Positions 48,494 to 57,042 of a stretch of 64,000 nt of DNA are shown here, piece after piece. Position 1 is the stretch's first letter. Every line of letters starts with the position of its first letter. The DNA comes from Promethearchaeota archaeon (lineage in GTDB: Archaea > Asgardarchaeota > Hermodarchaeia > Hermodarchaeales > Hermodarchaeaceae), in contig JBHLMG010000006.1 in NCBI GenBank assembly GCA_048938385.1, forward strand, positions 41,870-105,869, written 5' to 3'. The notes below the pieces were generated by a model. It saw only the letters and a list, made by a program, of their open reading frames with translations, searched no databases and was not told where the DNA came from. A program made the translations under genes and the position numbers.

Positions 48494-49072
48494 GTGATTA
48501 AAATCACTGAAAAAGAGTCATATCGTCGACCACTATTAACATCTCGACAGGTTGCCATGATCGCTGCTTTTGGTGGCCTTGGATTTGCCTGGCGCGCACT
48601 CGGATTAGTAATCCCATTATATCCACCTTATGTCCTTGACATTCGAGAGAGCATCAATGTTATAGCTGCCTTCGCAGGCGGACCTTGGGTTGCCGTTGGT
48701 GTCGGCATACTGATTGGTCTACCTTCGTCAGTACCATTTTGCGATGTGATATACTATCCACTAATCGGAATTCTTCTCTCAATATTCAGTAAACACATTT
48801 TTGCTAAGCGAGACGTAGTTTATGGAGTCTACTCACTTGTAATCATCGCAGTCGTCATAGCAATTGCAGAAGCAATAGCACTAACAATATTCAACTTCGA
48901 ACTAGCTCTCGTAGGACTTGTTTCCTTCGAAGCTGAAATGTGGGCATCGTTCGTCGGTGGCACATATCTAATCTATGTCTTGCAATCGATTATCCCACTC
49001 TGGATCATACTAAAGCTCTTCCCAGACTTCATGCGCCCAGTTTGGCTCTGGACGGGTGGCGAGGAGGAATAG
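48494..49072 (+). CDS. ECF transporter substrate-specific S component
   Basis: LTSRQVAMIAAFGGL, AFAGGP, about 6 TM helices, 192 aa, divergent from the ECF A/T genes. Confidence 0.7.
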   Translation: MIKITEKESYRRPLLTSRQVAMIAAFGGLGFAWRALGLVIPLYPPYVLDIRESINVIAAFAGGPWVAVGVGILIGLPSSVPFCDVIYYPLIGILLSIFSKHIFAKRDVVYGVYSLVIIAVVIAIAEAIALTIFNFELALVGLVSFEAEMWASFVGGTYLIYVLQSIIPLWIILKLFPDFMRPVWLWTGGEEE

Positions 49073-49075
49073 GCA

Positions 49076-49348
49076 ATGAGCGAATTCTTCAGAAAGAATT
49101 GGTGGGCGTGGTGCCTTATCCTCGTCATTGTCATCGTCATCCTGGCCATTTTAAGAATCATGGGAGGAAGCACATGGGCTGAATGGTGGGGTCTACAGCT
49201 CTTCAACTTAGGAGTGTTCTGGGGTCAACGCCCCTTACACTACGAAACCGTTGGACCGTTGATTTCCTTCGGATCCATGATTGCCCTAGTCATCATCCTC
49301 ATCATCATAATCTACTTCCTACGACGTACATTCTTCAAGAAGGGATAA
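49076..49348 (+). CDS. Small membrane protein (2 TM) co-transcribed with the S component
   Basis: Starts 3 nt after the upstream stop, GAGGAGG ribosome-binding site, two strongly hydrophobic helices. Confidence 0.65.
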   Translation: MSEFFRKNWWAWCLILVIVIVILAILRIMGGSTWAEWWGLQLFNLGVFWGQRPLHYETVGPLISFGSMIALVIILIIIIYFLRRTFFKKG

Positions 49349-49399
49349 ACAAAACATTGCACTGTTCCCTGAGTTTATCCCCTCCCCTTTCTTTTTTAA
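49342..49399 (+). terminator. Hairpin plus pyrimidine/U-tract terminator
   Basis: GGGATAAAC...GTTTATCCC followed by CTCCCCTTTCTTTTTT. Confidence 0.5.
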
Positions 49400-49513
49400 T
49401 TTAAATTCAAACCAATGTTGTTTCTCTGAGTTCGGGCTACCTCTAACTTTTTTGAGGAGCAATAAAATTAATGTAGTAAAAATCAGCCCGTTTCATTCGA
49501 AGGATGTGAGTTC

Positions 49514-50731
49514 TTGAACTTAAAAAGTATTGACTGGGAGCTTGAGTTGCTAAGAAAGTTAGTCGATTTGGATACTACCAATACTGGTACAACACGAAGT
49601 AACTATTCTGAATGTTCTTCCCTTATTAAAAGTGAAGCAGAGATGCTTGGACTCAAAACGCAAATTATTGATGGAAAGAGTGCAACAGACGATGGCGAGT
49701 CGCGCCCCAACGTGATAGTCGATTTCGACACAGGTTCTGATGTTACAATTCTGTTTGTATGCCACTATGATGTCGTTCCTGTCGAACGCGAAAAATGGAG
49801 TACTGATCCTTTCAGCCTCACAATAAAAGGGGATAAGGCCTTTGGACGTGGCGCCGCTGATGACAAATCAGGAATTGCCATCGTTTTAGGTGCAATGAAA
49901 AAGTTGCTGGATAAAAAGGTCAACATCAATTTACGGCTTTGTGCAGCTTGTGATGAAGAAACTGGTGGACCAGGAGGTATCAGTTACTTGTTCAACCAAG
50001 CTAAAATCAGAGGGAACGCAGGTATTGTCGTTGATGCGGGTCCTCAATACATAGGTATTGGAGCCAGTGGCTCTATCTGGGGAAAAGTCATCGTGAAAGG
50101 AAAGGGAGGACACAGTGGGAATCCTGATATCCTCGATAACCCGATCTATAAGGCAAGCCGCCTCATCCAGTCACTTGAAAGCTATCACGAAACGATCAAA
50201 GAAGGCGTCACCAGCAAACTTAGAGGAACACCCGCAGCAGTAAAACCTCACCTTTATGGACGCTTGTCTGTGAGCATGGTTAAAGCATGGCAAAAGGAAA
50301 ACGTTATCCCTGATGATTGTGAGTTTCGGTTCGATCGTAGACTCATCCCTGAAGAAGACCCCGATGAAGCTGCAAAGACTGTCAAAGCGTTCATAGAAAA
50401 TACAGCACAACAACAAGGCACTGAAGTCGCGATGGAAATTATCAATAAGGTACCCGGGTATTATACAAAGCCAGAACACCCATGGGTCCAGCTTTTCCAC
50501 CAAATCGCGGAAAAAACATTAAGACGCGAATTCTATCTTGGTGCAGATTTGGGCTTTGATGATGGAATGTACCTTGCTCAGGTCGACATTCCCGTTATCA
50601 CCTTTGGTGCGCTCCGCGATGGCACTCGTTACCATGGACACAACGAATTCGTCTGGTTAGAAGATCTCCGCGACTGTCGTGATGTGTTCGTAGCTCTAGG
50701 CCAGCTCTCAGATGACTACTTCACATTCTAA
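49514..50731 (+). CDS. M20 family amidohydrolase (ArgE/DapE-like)
   Basis: CHYDVVP, FGRGAADDK, CDEETGG, GKGGHS, NVIPD, DRRLIP, HGHNE. Confidence 0.9.
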   Translation: MNLKSIDWELELLRKLVDLDTTNTGTTRSNYSECSSLIKSEAEMLGLKTQIIDGKSATDDGESRPNVIVDFDTGSDVTILFVCHYDVVPVEREKWSTDPFSLTIKGDKAFGRGAADDKSGIAIVLGAMKKLLDKKVNINLRLCAACDEETGGPGGISYLFNQAKIRGNAGIVVDAGPQYIGIGASGSIWGKVIVKGKGGHSGNPDILDNPIYKASRLIQSLESYHETIKEGVTSKLRGTPAAVKPHLYGRLSVSMVKAWQKENVIPDDCEFRFDRRLIPEEDPDEAAKTVKAFIENTAQQQGTEVAMEIINKVPGYYTKPEHPWVQLFHQIAEKTLRREFYLGADLGFDDGMYLAQVDIPVITFGALRDGTRYHGHNEFVWLEDLRDCRDVFVALGQLSDDYFTF

Positions 50732-50758
50732 GACTAGGCAAGAATGCCTCTGAACAGT

Positions 50759-51223
50759 TTAGTTACTAAACACTCGATGAACAATCAATGCACTACCCAT
50801 AATCCACCCCAAAATTGCCACGATAATTTCTCCTAAGAGCAAAACAGATGACCAAGCGTAACTCACGGAGAAGACCAACCAGTGTGCTAAAGCACCAAAA
50901 AGGATGGTGCATATCCAACCCCAGAGGATGACAAAGAGTAACTGAAATCGCCATGCGCGATGTAGATATTGTTCGCTATCTTCCGTGGTCATAGCCGCCC
51001 TCCTTTGATGTAGCAGAAGCATCTGCTCACGAAACGCTACAATTCCGGGGAAACGCCACAGCCACCAGCTTAACAGAAACAATTCAAAGGACCCATAAGG
51101 AATCCCTGAACCTGTGAGAGCAATAGGATTTGTGAAAAATACAACAAGTAAGAGAACCGCTCCAATGAGGGCATGAAAGATACCTAACACCTTCAAGCCA
51201 TGACCTGATTTTAATGAAAACAT
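50759..51223 (-). CDS. Hypothetical membrane protein (4 TM)
   Basis: 154-aa ORF with four hydrophobic segments. Confidence 0.6.
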   Translation of the reverse strand: MFSLKSGHGLKVLGIFHALIGAVLLLVVFFTNPIALTGSGIPYGSFELFLLSWWLWRFPGIVAFREQMLLLHQRRAAMTTEDSEQYLHRAWRFQLLFVILWGWICTILFGALAHWLVFSVSYAWSSVLLLGEIIVAILGWIMGSALIVHRVFSN

Positions 51224-51288
51224 TGTATAGCTATCCCTGTACTTATTTGGTTTTGAATGATCGTTTTATTCAAGGAAAAAAGAGCCAA

Positions 51289-51504
51289 CTATTTTGGTGT
51301 ACGTCCTCTCCACCAAATAACCACACAAATTGCTAGAATGATGAGGTATGCTCCTACCCCGGCAATGATTGCATATACGGGTCCTAGGTATGTAAGAGTA
51401 ATCGCTGAAGCTATAAGGGGAACCACGAAAATCAACAAGGCAAAAATGCAAGGCACCATTTCTCTCATCCGATCCCATCTCGGAGAGGGCTTCTGTTTTG
51501 GCAT
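51289..51504 (-). CDS. Small hypothetical membrane protein (2 TM)
   Basis: Basic N-terminus, two hydrophobic helices, basic C-terminus. Confidence 0.55.
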   Translation of the reverse strand: MPKQKPSPRWDRMREMVPCIFALLIFVVPLIASAITLTYLGPVYAIIAGVGAYLIILAICVVIWWRGRTPK

Positions 51505-51721
51505 GAGCTAAGTGTGTGTTTTCATATTATATTACTAATATCCTCAAACGACGAACTTGCACTGAGCTGTATATCCTAAACAACTACATAGGATTAGTAC
51601 CTATGAGGTATGATGGAGTAAAACAATTCTGTGAATAAAATAAGGCAGTGTGGAATTCTTTAAATTAGAAAAACTGAGTGAGGAGAAAGCTTATTCTAAT
51701 GATGTGAAAGTGGTGGAGGAT

Positions 51722-52759
51722 ATGCCAGTGCCTTTTCGCGTTATACAAATTGGGTTTGGAACCTTAGGCAAGTGGATTGCCAAGGCGATTATCGAGCGAG
51801 AAAACTTGGATCTAGTTGCGGTGGTTGACATCGATCCTGCCCTTCAGGGCAAAGAGGTCGAAGAGCTGCTAAAGTTGGATCGAAAAACCTCAACGAAAAT
51901 CCGTGAAAGTTTATCCAAAACCTTGGATGAGTTACAGGGAAAACCTCCAGATGTCGCAGTGGTTGCTACTGCTTCACACCTACAGAAGATTAAATCGACC
52001 ATATCCACCTGTTTGCAACGGGGGATGGATGTGATTTCCCTTTGCGAAGAGCTTTCTTACCCCTATGTGCGCCACCCCGACTTATCGAAGGAATTGCATG
52101 ACCTCGCGTTAAGAGAGGATAAAACGCTTCTTGGGACCGGAATTAATCCTGGGTTTCTCATGGACCTTTTACCTATTCTTCTCACTGCCCCCTGTCAGCG
52201 CGTGAATAAAATTCATGTGACTCGGAACATGAACTCCAGCTCCCGGCGCGATGCCTTTCAGAAGAAGGTGGGTACAGGGATGACTGAAGAAGCCTTCAAA
52301 GAAGCCATTGCTACCAAAGCCATCACCGGGCATGTTGGCCTCGTTGAATCTATCCAGATGCTCGGCGCTGCCTTAGATTTGCAGTTAGATCATGTAGAGG
52401 AATTTCCCCCAGAACCTGTGATTGCTACGGAAAAAATTGTAACCACCTATACTACTGTCCAGCCCGGACAGGTTCGAGGTCTTAAGAGCCGGGGGGTCGG
52501 ACAAAAAGGCGGTGATACCATCATTACCCTCGACTTCAACGCATATGCAGATGCTTCACCAGCCTATGATGAGGTGCGTATTGAAGGATTACCTAATCTC
52601 CAACAACGTATCGATGGAGGAATGCCAGGTGATGAGGGGACCGTTGGGATGCTTATCAACCTCGTACCCCTTGTGATATCAGCACCTTCAGGCCTGTTAA
52701 CAATGAAAGATGTTCCTTGCCCACACAATACCGAACGCGTATGGAAAAAAACAACCTAA
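51722..52759 (+). CDS. 2,4-diaminopentanoate dehydrogenase-like NAD(P)-dependent amine dehydrogenase
   Basis: GFGTLG Rossmann motif, DVISLCEELSYP, LGTGINPGFLMD, GHVGLVESI, PSGLLTMKD. GGAGG ribosome-binding site before ATG 51722. Confidence 0.8.
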   Translation: MPVPFRVIQIGFGTLGKWIAKAIIERENLDLVAVVDIDPALQGKEVEELLKLDRKTSTKIRESLSKTLDELQGKPPDVAVVATASHLQKIKSTISTCLQRGMDVISLCEELSYPYVRHPDLSKELHDLALREDKTLLGTGINPGFLMDLLPILLTAPCQRVNKIHVTRNMNSSSRRDAFQKKVGTGMTEEAFKEAIATKAITGHVGLVESIQMLGAALDLQLDHVEEFPPEPVIATEKIVTTYTTVQPGQVRGLKSRGVGQKGGDTIITLDFNAYADASPAYDEVRIEGLPNLQQRIDGGMPGDEGTVGMLINLVPLVISAPSGLLTMKDVPCPHNTERVWKKTT

Positions 52760-52798
52760 CCTAAGAGGCGCAATCAAAAAGCGGGAAGCGAGTATCAA

Positions 52799-54109
52799 AT
52801 GTTCGAGCATTATAAAGCAACCACCCGAAAATCGAAGGCAAACTGGGATCGGGCCCTCCAATTATTTCCAGGTGGTGTCAGCCACAACATTCGAACCTTC
52901 GGTCTCAACAGAGTTCAGATCTACCCTCCCTTCATGCAACACGGTCAGGGAAGCCACATCTGGGATGTGGATGGTAATGAATACATTGATTACTGGATGA
53001 CACATTTTTCCCTTATTTTAGGCCACAACCATCCCGCCATTCGAAACGCCATCTTAAACGAAATGGAACATGGTGTGCACCTAGGCACGCTAAATGAGCC
53101 GCAGATCAATTTTGGCGAAACGCTACAAAAAGCGATTCCCTACATGAAACTGATGCGCTTCTGTACATCTGGTTCAGACGCCACGATGTATGCAATCCGC
53201 CTTTGCCGATTATTTACCGGCAAACGATTAGTAGGAAAAGTCAAAGGCGGCTGGCATGGAGGGAACGACTCGTTATGTTACCACCTCCATTACCCCTTCA
53301 AGGATTCGCCCTTTTTCGATGGCGTTTCTTTCGAATATAACAGCCGCGAAAGCCTTGATGCCCTCCTCAAAACTCATGGTAAGGAACTAGCAGCCATCAT
53401 TATTGAACCCGTCCTCGGAGCTGGTGGCGGACTAGCGCCTAAGCCTGATTTTCTGCCATATCTCCGAGAAGAAACGGCTAAGCGTGGTATCCTCTTGGTC
53501 TTTGACGAGATCATTACAGGATTCCGCCTTTGTTATGGAACCGCGGGCAGCCAAGTGTACGGCGTTGAGCCAGACCTCATCACTCTCGGTAAAATTGTCG
53601 CAGGAGGAATGCCTCTGGGTATTTATGGTGGTCGAGAAGACATTATGTCGTTAGCAGCGCCAGGAGCGATTGGAGGCAGGTGGGTTGGTGGTGGAACATT
53701 TTCTAGCCATCACCTTACCATGATTTCAGGGAAGGCAACGCTCGACATTCTTAGAACTAAAAAAGGCAAGTATTCTCAACTTAATCAGCAAGGGAACAAA
53801 TTCCGAACGAAAATAAACGCAATCTTCAACCAAGAACAAGTCCCTGCAATCGCCACCGGGGAAGGATCTATCGTATTCATCCATCTCCTCAACTCCCCTT
53901 TCAACGAGACATATACCACCGCCTCACAAATCGGTGAAATCTTTGACAAAGAACACACAGACCTTTTCCAAGCCACCCTCATTGAAGAAGGCATCTTTGG
54001 ATTTCATGGATTAGGCGCCCTCTCCTTCGCCCATTCCGACGCAGATCTTCTTCAAACGCAGGAAGTCATTAGTAAGATTGCACCTCGCTTCAAAACCAAC
54101 TCAACTTAG
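52799..54109 (+). CDS. Class III aminotransferase, glutamate-1-semialdehyde aminomutase-like
   Basis: PGGVSHNIR, DVDGNEYIDY, RFCTSGSDAT, WHG, FDEIITGFR, LGKIVAGGMP, GTFS. No haem genes nearby, so hemL is not assigned. Confidence 0.88.
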   Translation: MFEHYKATTRKSKANWDRALQLFPGGVSHNIRTFGLNRVQIYPPFMQHGQGSHIWDVDGNEYIDYWMTHFSLILGHNHPAIRNAILNEMEHGVHLGTLNEPQINFGETLQKAIPYMKLMRFCTSGSDATMYAIRLCRLFTGKRLVGKVKGGWHGGNDSLCYHLHYPFKDSPFFDGVSFEYNSRESLDALLKTHGKELAAIIIEPVLGAGGGLAPKPDFLPYLREETAKRGILLVFDEIITGFRLCYGTAGSQVYGVEPDLITLGKIVAGGMPLGIYGGREDIMSLAAPGAIGGRWVGGGTFSSHHLTMISGKATLDILRTKKGKYSQLNQQGNKFRTKINAIFNQEQVPAIATGEGSIVFIHLLNSPFNETYTTASQIGEIFDKEHTDLFQATLIEEGIFGFHGLGALSFAHSDADLLQTQEVISKIAPRFKTNST

Positions 54110-54413
54110 AAACTAAATTGCAATCAGATGCATAGAGCAGAAGGCAGTGATGAACAGAAAGATAGACATCTTGTTTCTCAATGCCACTTGGATGAAGATC
54201 TTCAATACCAGAAGGTATGAGACCTCGAATAGGGAACATAGTTTTTCTTGCCAGCAAGGTCCAACTCTTTGTCACCAACACCTATTTCTGGAAATGAGCT
54301 AAACTCGTCTGCACCTTGTTTCTGGAACAACAACACAATGCAATACTGGCAAATAGTGCATGATTGAGTTTATATACACGAGGTGAAGCAGAGAGTTTTG
54401 GGGATGAGTTTCC

Positions 54414-54806
54414 TTGAGAAAACCGTTTCTTAGCTTATGGGACTTACAATTTGCCTTAGCAATCATTCTTTGTTGTTTTGGTATCGGTTGTTTTATACTC
54501 ACTGGACCAATCTATGTTCACATCTTATATCTTGCACCTGACGAAGCACTCAATATCCCACTGCTTCAACGGAGTATCTTCTTGGGCGTTGCCGGCGTTA
54601 TTTCTTTGTGTTTTGGGATTTACCTATCTGCGCGAGTAAGAATGCTGACCGAAACCTTCGTTACAGGCGAAAAACCCAATTACTCTCACCTAAATCGAGT
54701 TTTACTCTTCCTGATCCTAATCACTGCGTTAGGAGTAATCTTGGTTGCTCTTGCCAACTACCAAATTTGGACAATAATACGACAATACATTCACACATTT
54801 CACTAG
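54414..54806 (+). CDS. Hypothetical membrane protein (3 TM)
   Basis: Three hydrophobic helices; TTTATATA box about 40 nt upstream. Confidence 0.6.
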   Translation: MRKPFLSLWDLQFALAIILCCFGIGCFILTGPIYVHILYLAPDEALNIPLLQRSIFLGVAGVISLCFGIYLSARVRMLTETFVTGEKPNYSHLNRVLLFLILITALGVILVALANYQIWTIIRQYIHTFH

Positions 54807-54854
54807 CTATGTGATACCCCATCTCACTGCGCTTCTAAATTCTATTTAGCCAGA

Positions 54855-55610
54855 TTATTTTGATTTTACAAGTTTTTCAATGAATTTGACTAATCGCTCC
54901 AAAACCACATCGACAATCAATTTCCCTTTTTCTTTTGTGGCTTTCCGTGCGTAGCCGACGACACCTGACTCGGTGATATCAGTCATCGAATACATCATGG
55001 AAACCTTTGGGGGTTTGGCGAACAAATCGGGCTCGATATAACCAGGGACAAGGCTCTTACCTGGCTCATCGACCCGCTTGTCCTCGAGCACCCGTTGCCC
55101 CAAATACCACGACACTGAAGTTTCCATATCACAGGCATGGTATACAGGGCGTGTAACGATTTCGAGAATCTTATCTGACGCCAGCGTCCACCAATCGATG
55201 TGGAAAATCTTCGCCGTCGTTTGCCCATGGAGTTGGTGCAACGCGTTGGCAATGGCTGTACTATTACCGCCATGCCCATTGAGAAGGAGGATGTTTCGAA
55301 ATCCATGAACATCCAAGGATTTGCATACATCGTAGATGATATCAGTGAGGGTGGTTTCCCTCAAGGTAATGGTTCCTTTGAAGCCCATATGGTGGGGAGA
55401 ATAGCCGAAGCAAATCGGAGGAGTCACGAGCACTTTAATCCTTTTCCATAACCGTTCAGCGGCCATCTTGGAGATCTGAATCGCTGTGAAGTGATCATTA
55501 TCTAAAGGAAGGGCAGGTCCATGTTGTTCGGTTGAACCCACAGGGACAAGGGCGATACTAAATTCACTAAGATGCTGCTTTACTTCGGGCCAAGTCATTT
55601 TTCCAAGCAT
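54855..55610 (-). CDS. Creatininase family amidohydrolase
   Basis: MTWPEV, PVGSTEQHGPALPLDND, GYSPHH, NGHGGN, HACDMETS. Confidence 0.92.
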   Translation of the reverse strand: MLGKMTWPEVKQHLSEFSIALVPVGSTEQHGPALPLDNDHFTAIQISKMAAERLWKRIKVLVTPPICFGYSPHHMGFKGTITLRETTLTDIIYDVCKSLDVHGFRNILLLNGHGGNSTAIANALHQLHGQTTAKIFHIDWWTLASDKILEIVTRPVYHACDMETSVSWYLGQRVLEDKRVDEPGKSLVPGYIEPDLFAKPPKVSMMYSMTDITESGVVGYARKATKEKGKLIVDVVLERLVKFIEKLVKSK

Positions 55611-56211
55611 AAAATCTTCTGACACACAATTCACCGAAACAAGGCGGAGTCTTGGGCGGCTTTATGTATCTTTGGAGATTTAAAATGACCTCATGTTAAA
55701 TTTCACAACAATAATGAGTTTCTTCGAGAAAAACGAGCCCCCCCCCGGGTCGCTAGCCCCTAGACCTTCTATTTGCAGCACACATTAATTTCAAAGTGTT
55801 TAATGGTGGTTGAACTCCACACTACCGTTATTTTTCAATGAGAAAATCGCCCTCTATGAAATTCACCTCTGACTACCTCGTTAATCAGGGTCCTCAAGGC
55901 GTCATAGGATAATGGTTAATCCTCGAGGACGAGGAGTTCGTCCATCGGTACAAAGCCGTCGTTGTGTTCGGATTCGCGAGGACGAACTGACCATCGAGTT
56001 CAGACTGGATGTGACGATAAATGTTCAAGTGGGGTGTGATTGGGTGCAAGCGTGACTCCCGAAAATCACAAATGCCACTTAAGGTGTGGCCCCTCTACTT
56101 CTTTATAGCGACCAGTGTATCCTGATGAAAGATTTCTCTTATAAAACGATTAACTATAAGTAGAGGGACACGGAAGGGACGGTTTCTAAATTCGTGAAGG
56201 AGTTTCGAATT

Positions 56212-56772
56212 ATGGAAACAAGCGAAGAACCGAAAGAAGAAGCACTGAGAAAGTTTCTACGACAACATCGGAAAATAGCCCTAATGATGATTGCAGTGAT
56301 CGCAGGAGCTACGATTGTAGCAGCCTTTACATTTCTCAAAGTTGTAGCTGATGCACAAGTGTTAGGACTAGTGCCCGTTGCGCTTGGACAATGGACAGTT
56401 GGTTATATCTTCACATTTATTTTGCAAGTGATTTTCTGGGAGCTTGTCTTTGTAGCAAGTTGGGCCATTCCGATATTGGTGGTAATTTTCGTTCTATGGT
56501 ACCGAAAACTACCAGAGGAAGAACGCCAAGAGTACGGTTTGTCTCCCAAACGTGGGGCTGATCCCCGACGAACAGAAGGCGGTGGGTTCATTTCCTTTTT
56601 AATCGGAGTAGTCTGGTTAATTATAGTGTGGTTCACTGGTCGATGGAACCTTGCCTTTCAAGCCTGGACCTTCAATGACTGGGTATATACCGGGCTAGCA
56701 GCCTGTTTGTGGGTTTTACTACCCTTAGTTATTGCCGGGACGATCTACCTAATCTGGGTAATGCTAAAATGA
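56212..56772 (+). CDS. Hypothetical archaeal membrane protein (4 TM)
   Basis: Four TM helices, WYRKLPEEE loop; AAGGAG ribosome-binding site. Confidence 0.7.
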   Translation: METSEEPKEEALRKFLRQHRKIALMMIAVIAGATIVAAFTFLKVVADAQVLGLVPVALGQWTVGYIFTFILQVIFWELVFVASWAIPILVVIFVLWYRKLPEEERQEYGLSPKRGADPRRTEGGGFISFLIGVVWLIIVWFTGRWNLAFQAWTFNDWVYTGLAACLWVLLPLVIAGTIYLIWVMLK

Positions 56773-56781
56773 ATGCTCAAT

Positions 56782-56832
56782 GAGAAGAAAAGAGAATCTG
56801 AAAATTCTCTTTTTTTCCTCTTCTCTTTTTTC
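56782..56832 (+). terminator. Purine/pyrimidine hairpin with U-tract
   Basis: GAGAAGAAAAGAGAAT-CTGAAA-ATTCTCTTTTTTTC..., followed by TCTTTTTT. Confidence 0.55.
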
Positions 56833-57042
56833 TAGGGTAACCGCTAGTTTTGCTTCACTGCCTTAATTTTAACACTACCAAATCGATCCTAATTGGCTCG
56901 GAGAGAGGCGGGGGTTGCTCCCAACCTTCTATGCGTTATACAAAATGATACTTGGTGTTGCCTTAAGGACAAACCATAAAACGAGTTGGAGCTAGATTTT
57001 CATAGCTTTCCCCACAGGAATTGGAGAACCGAGCCCGATGGA

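Noticed and set aside
54090-54281. 63-aa ORF with a repeated PSGIE pentapeptide
   Set aside because: Short, overlaps the upstream gene end, no other coding signal; probably chance.
55735-55782. Degenerate tRNA 3'-half or att-site remnant at the island boundary
   Set aside because: The GC-rich end and CTGCAAA on the minus strand are suggestive, but there is no TTCRA T-loop or consistent stems.
55860-56060. Possible decayed gene or IS110-like fragment (LNIYRHIQSELDGQFVLANP on the minus strand)
   Set aside because: Too short and lacking catalytic motifs; cannot be supported without a search.
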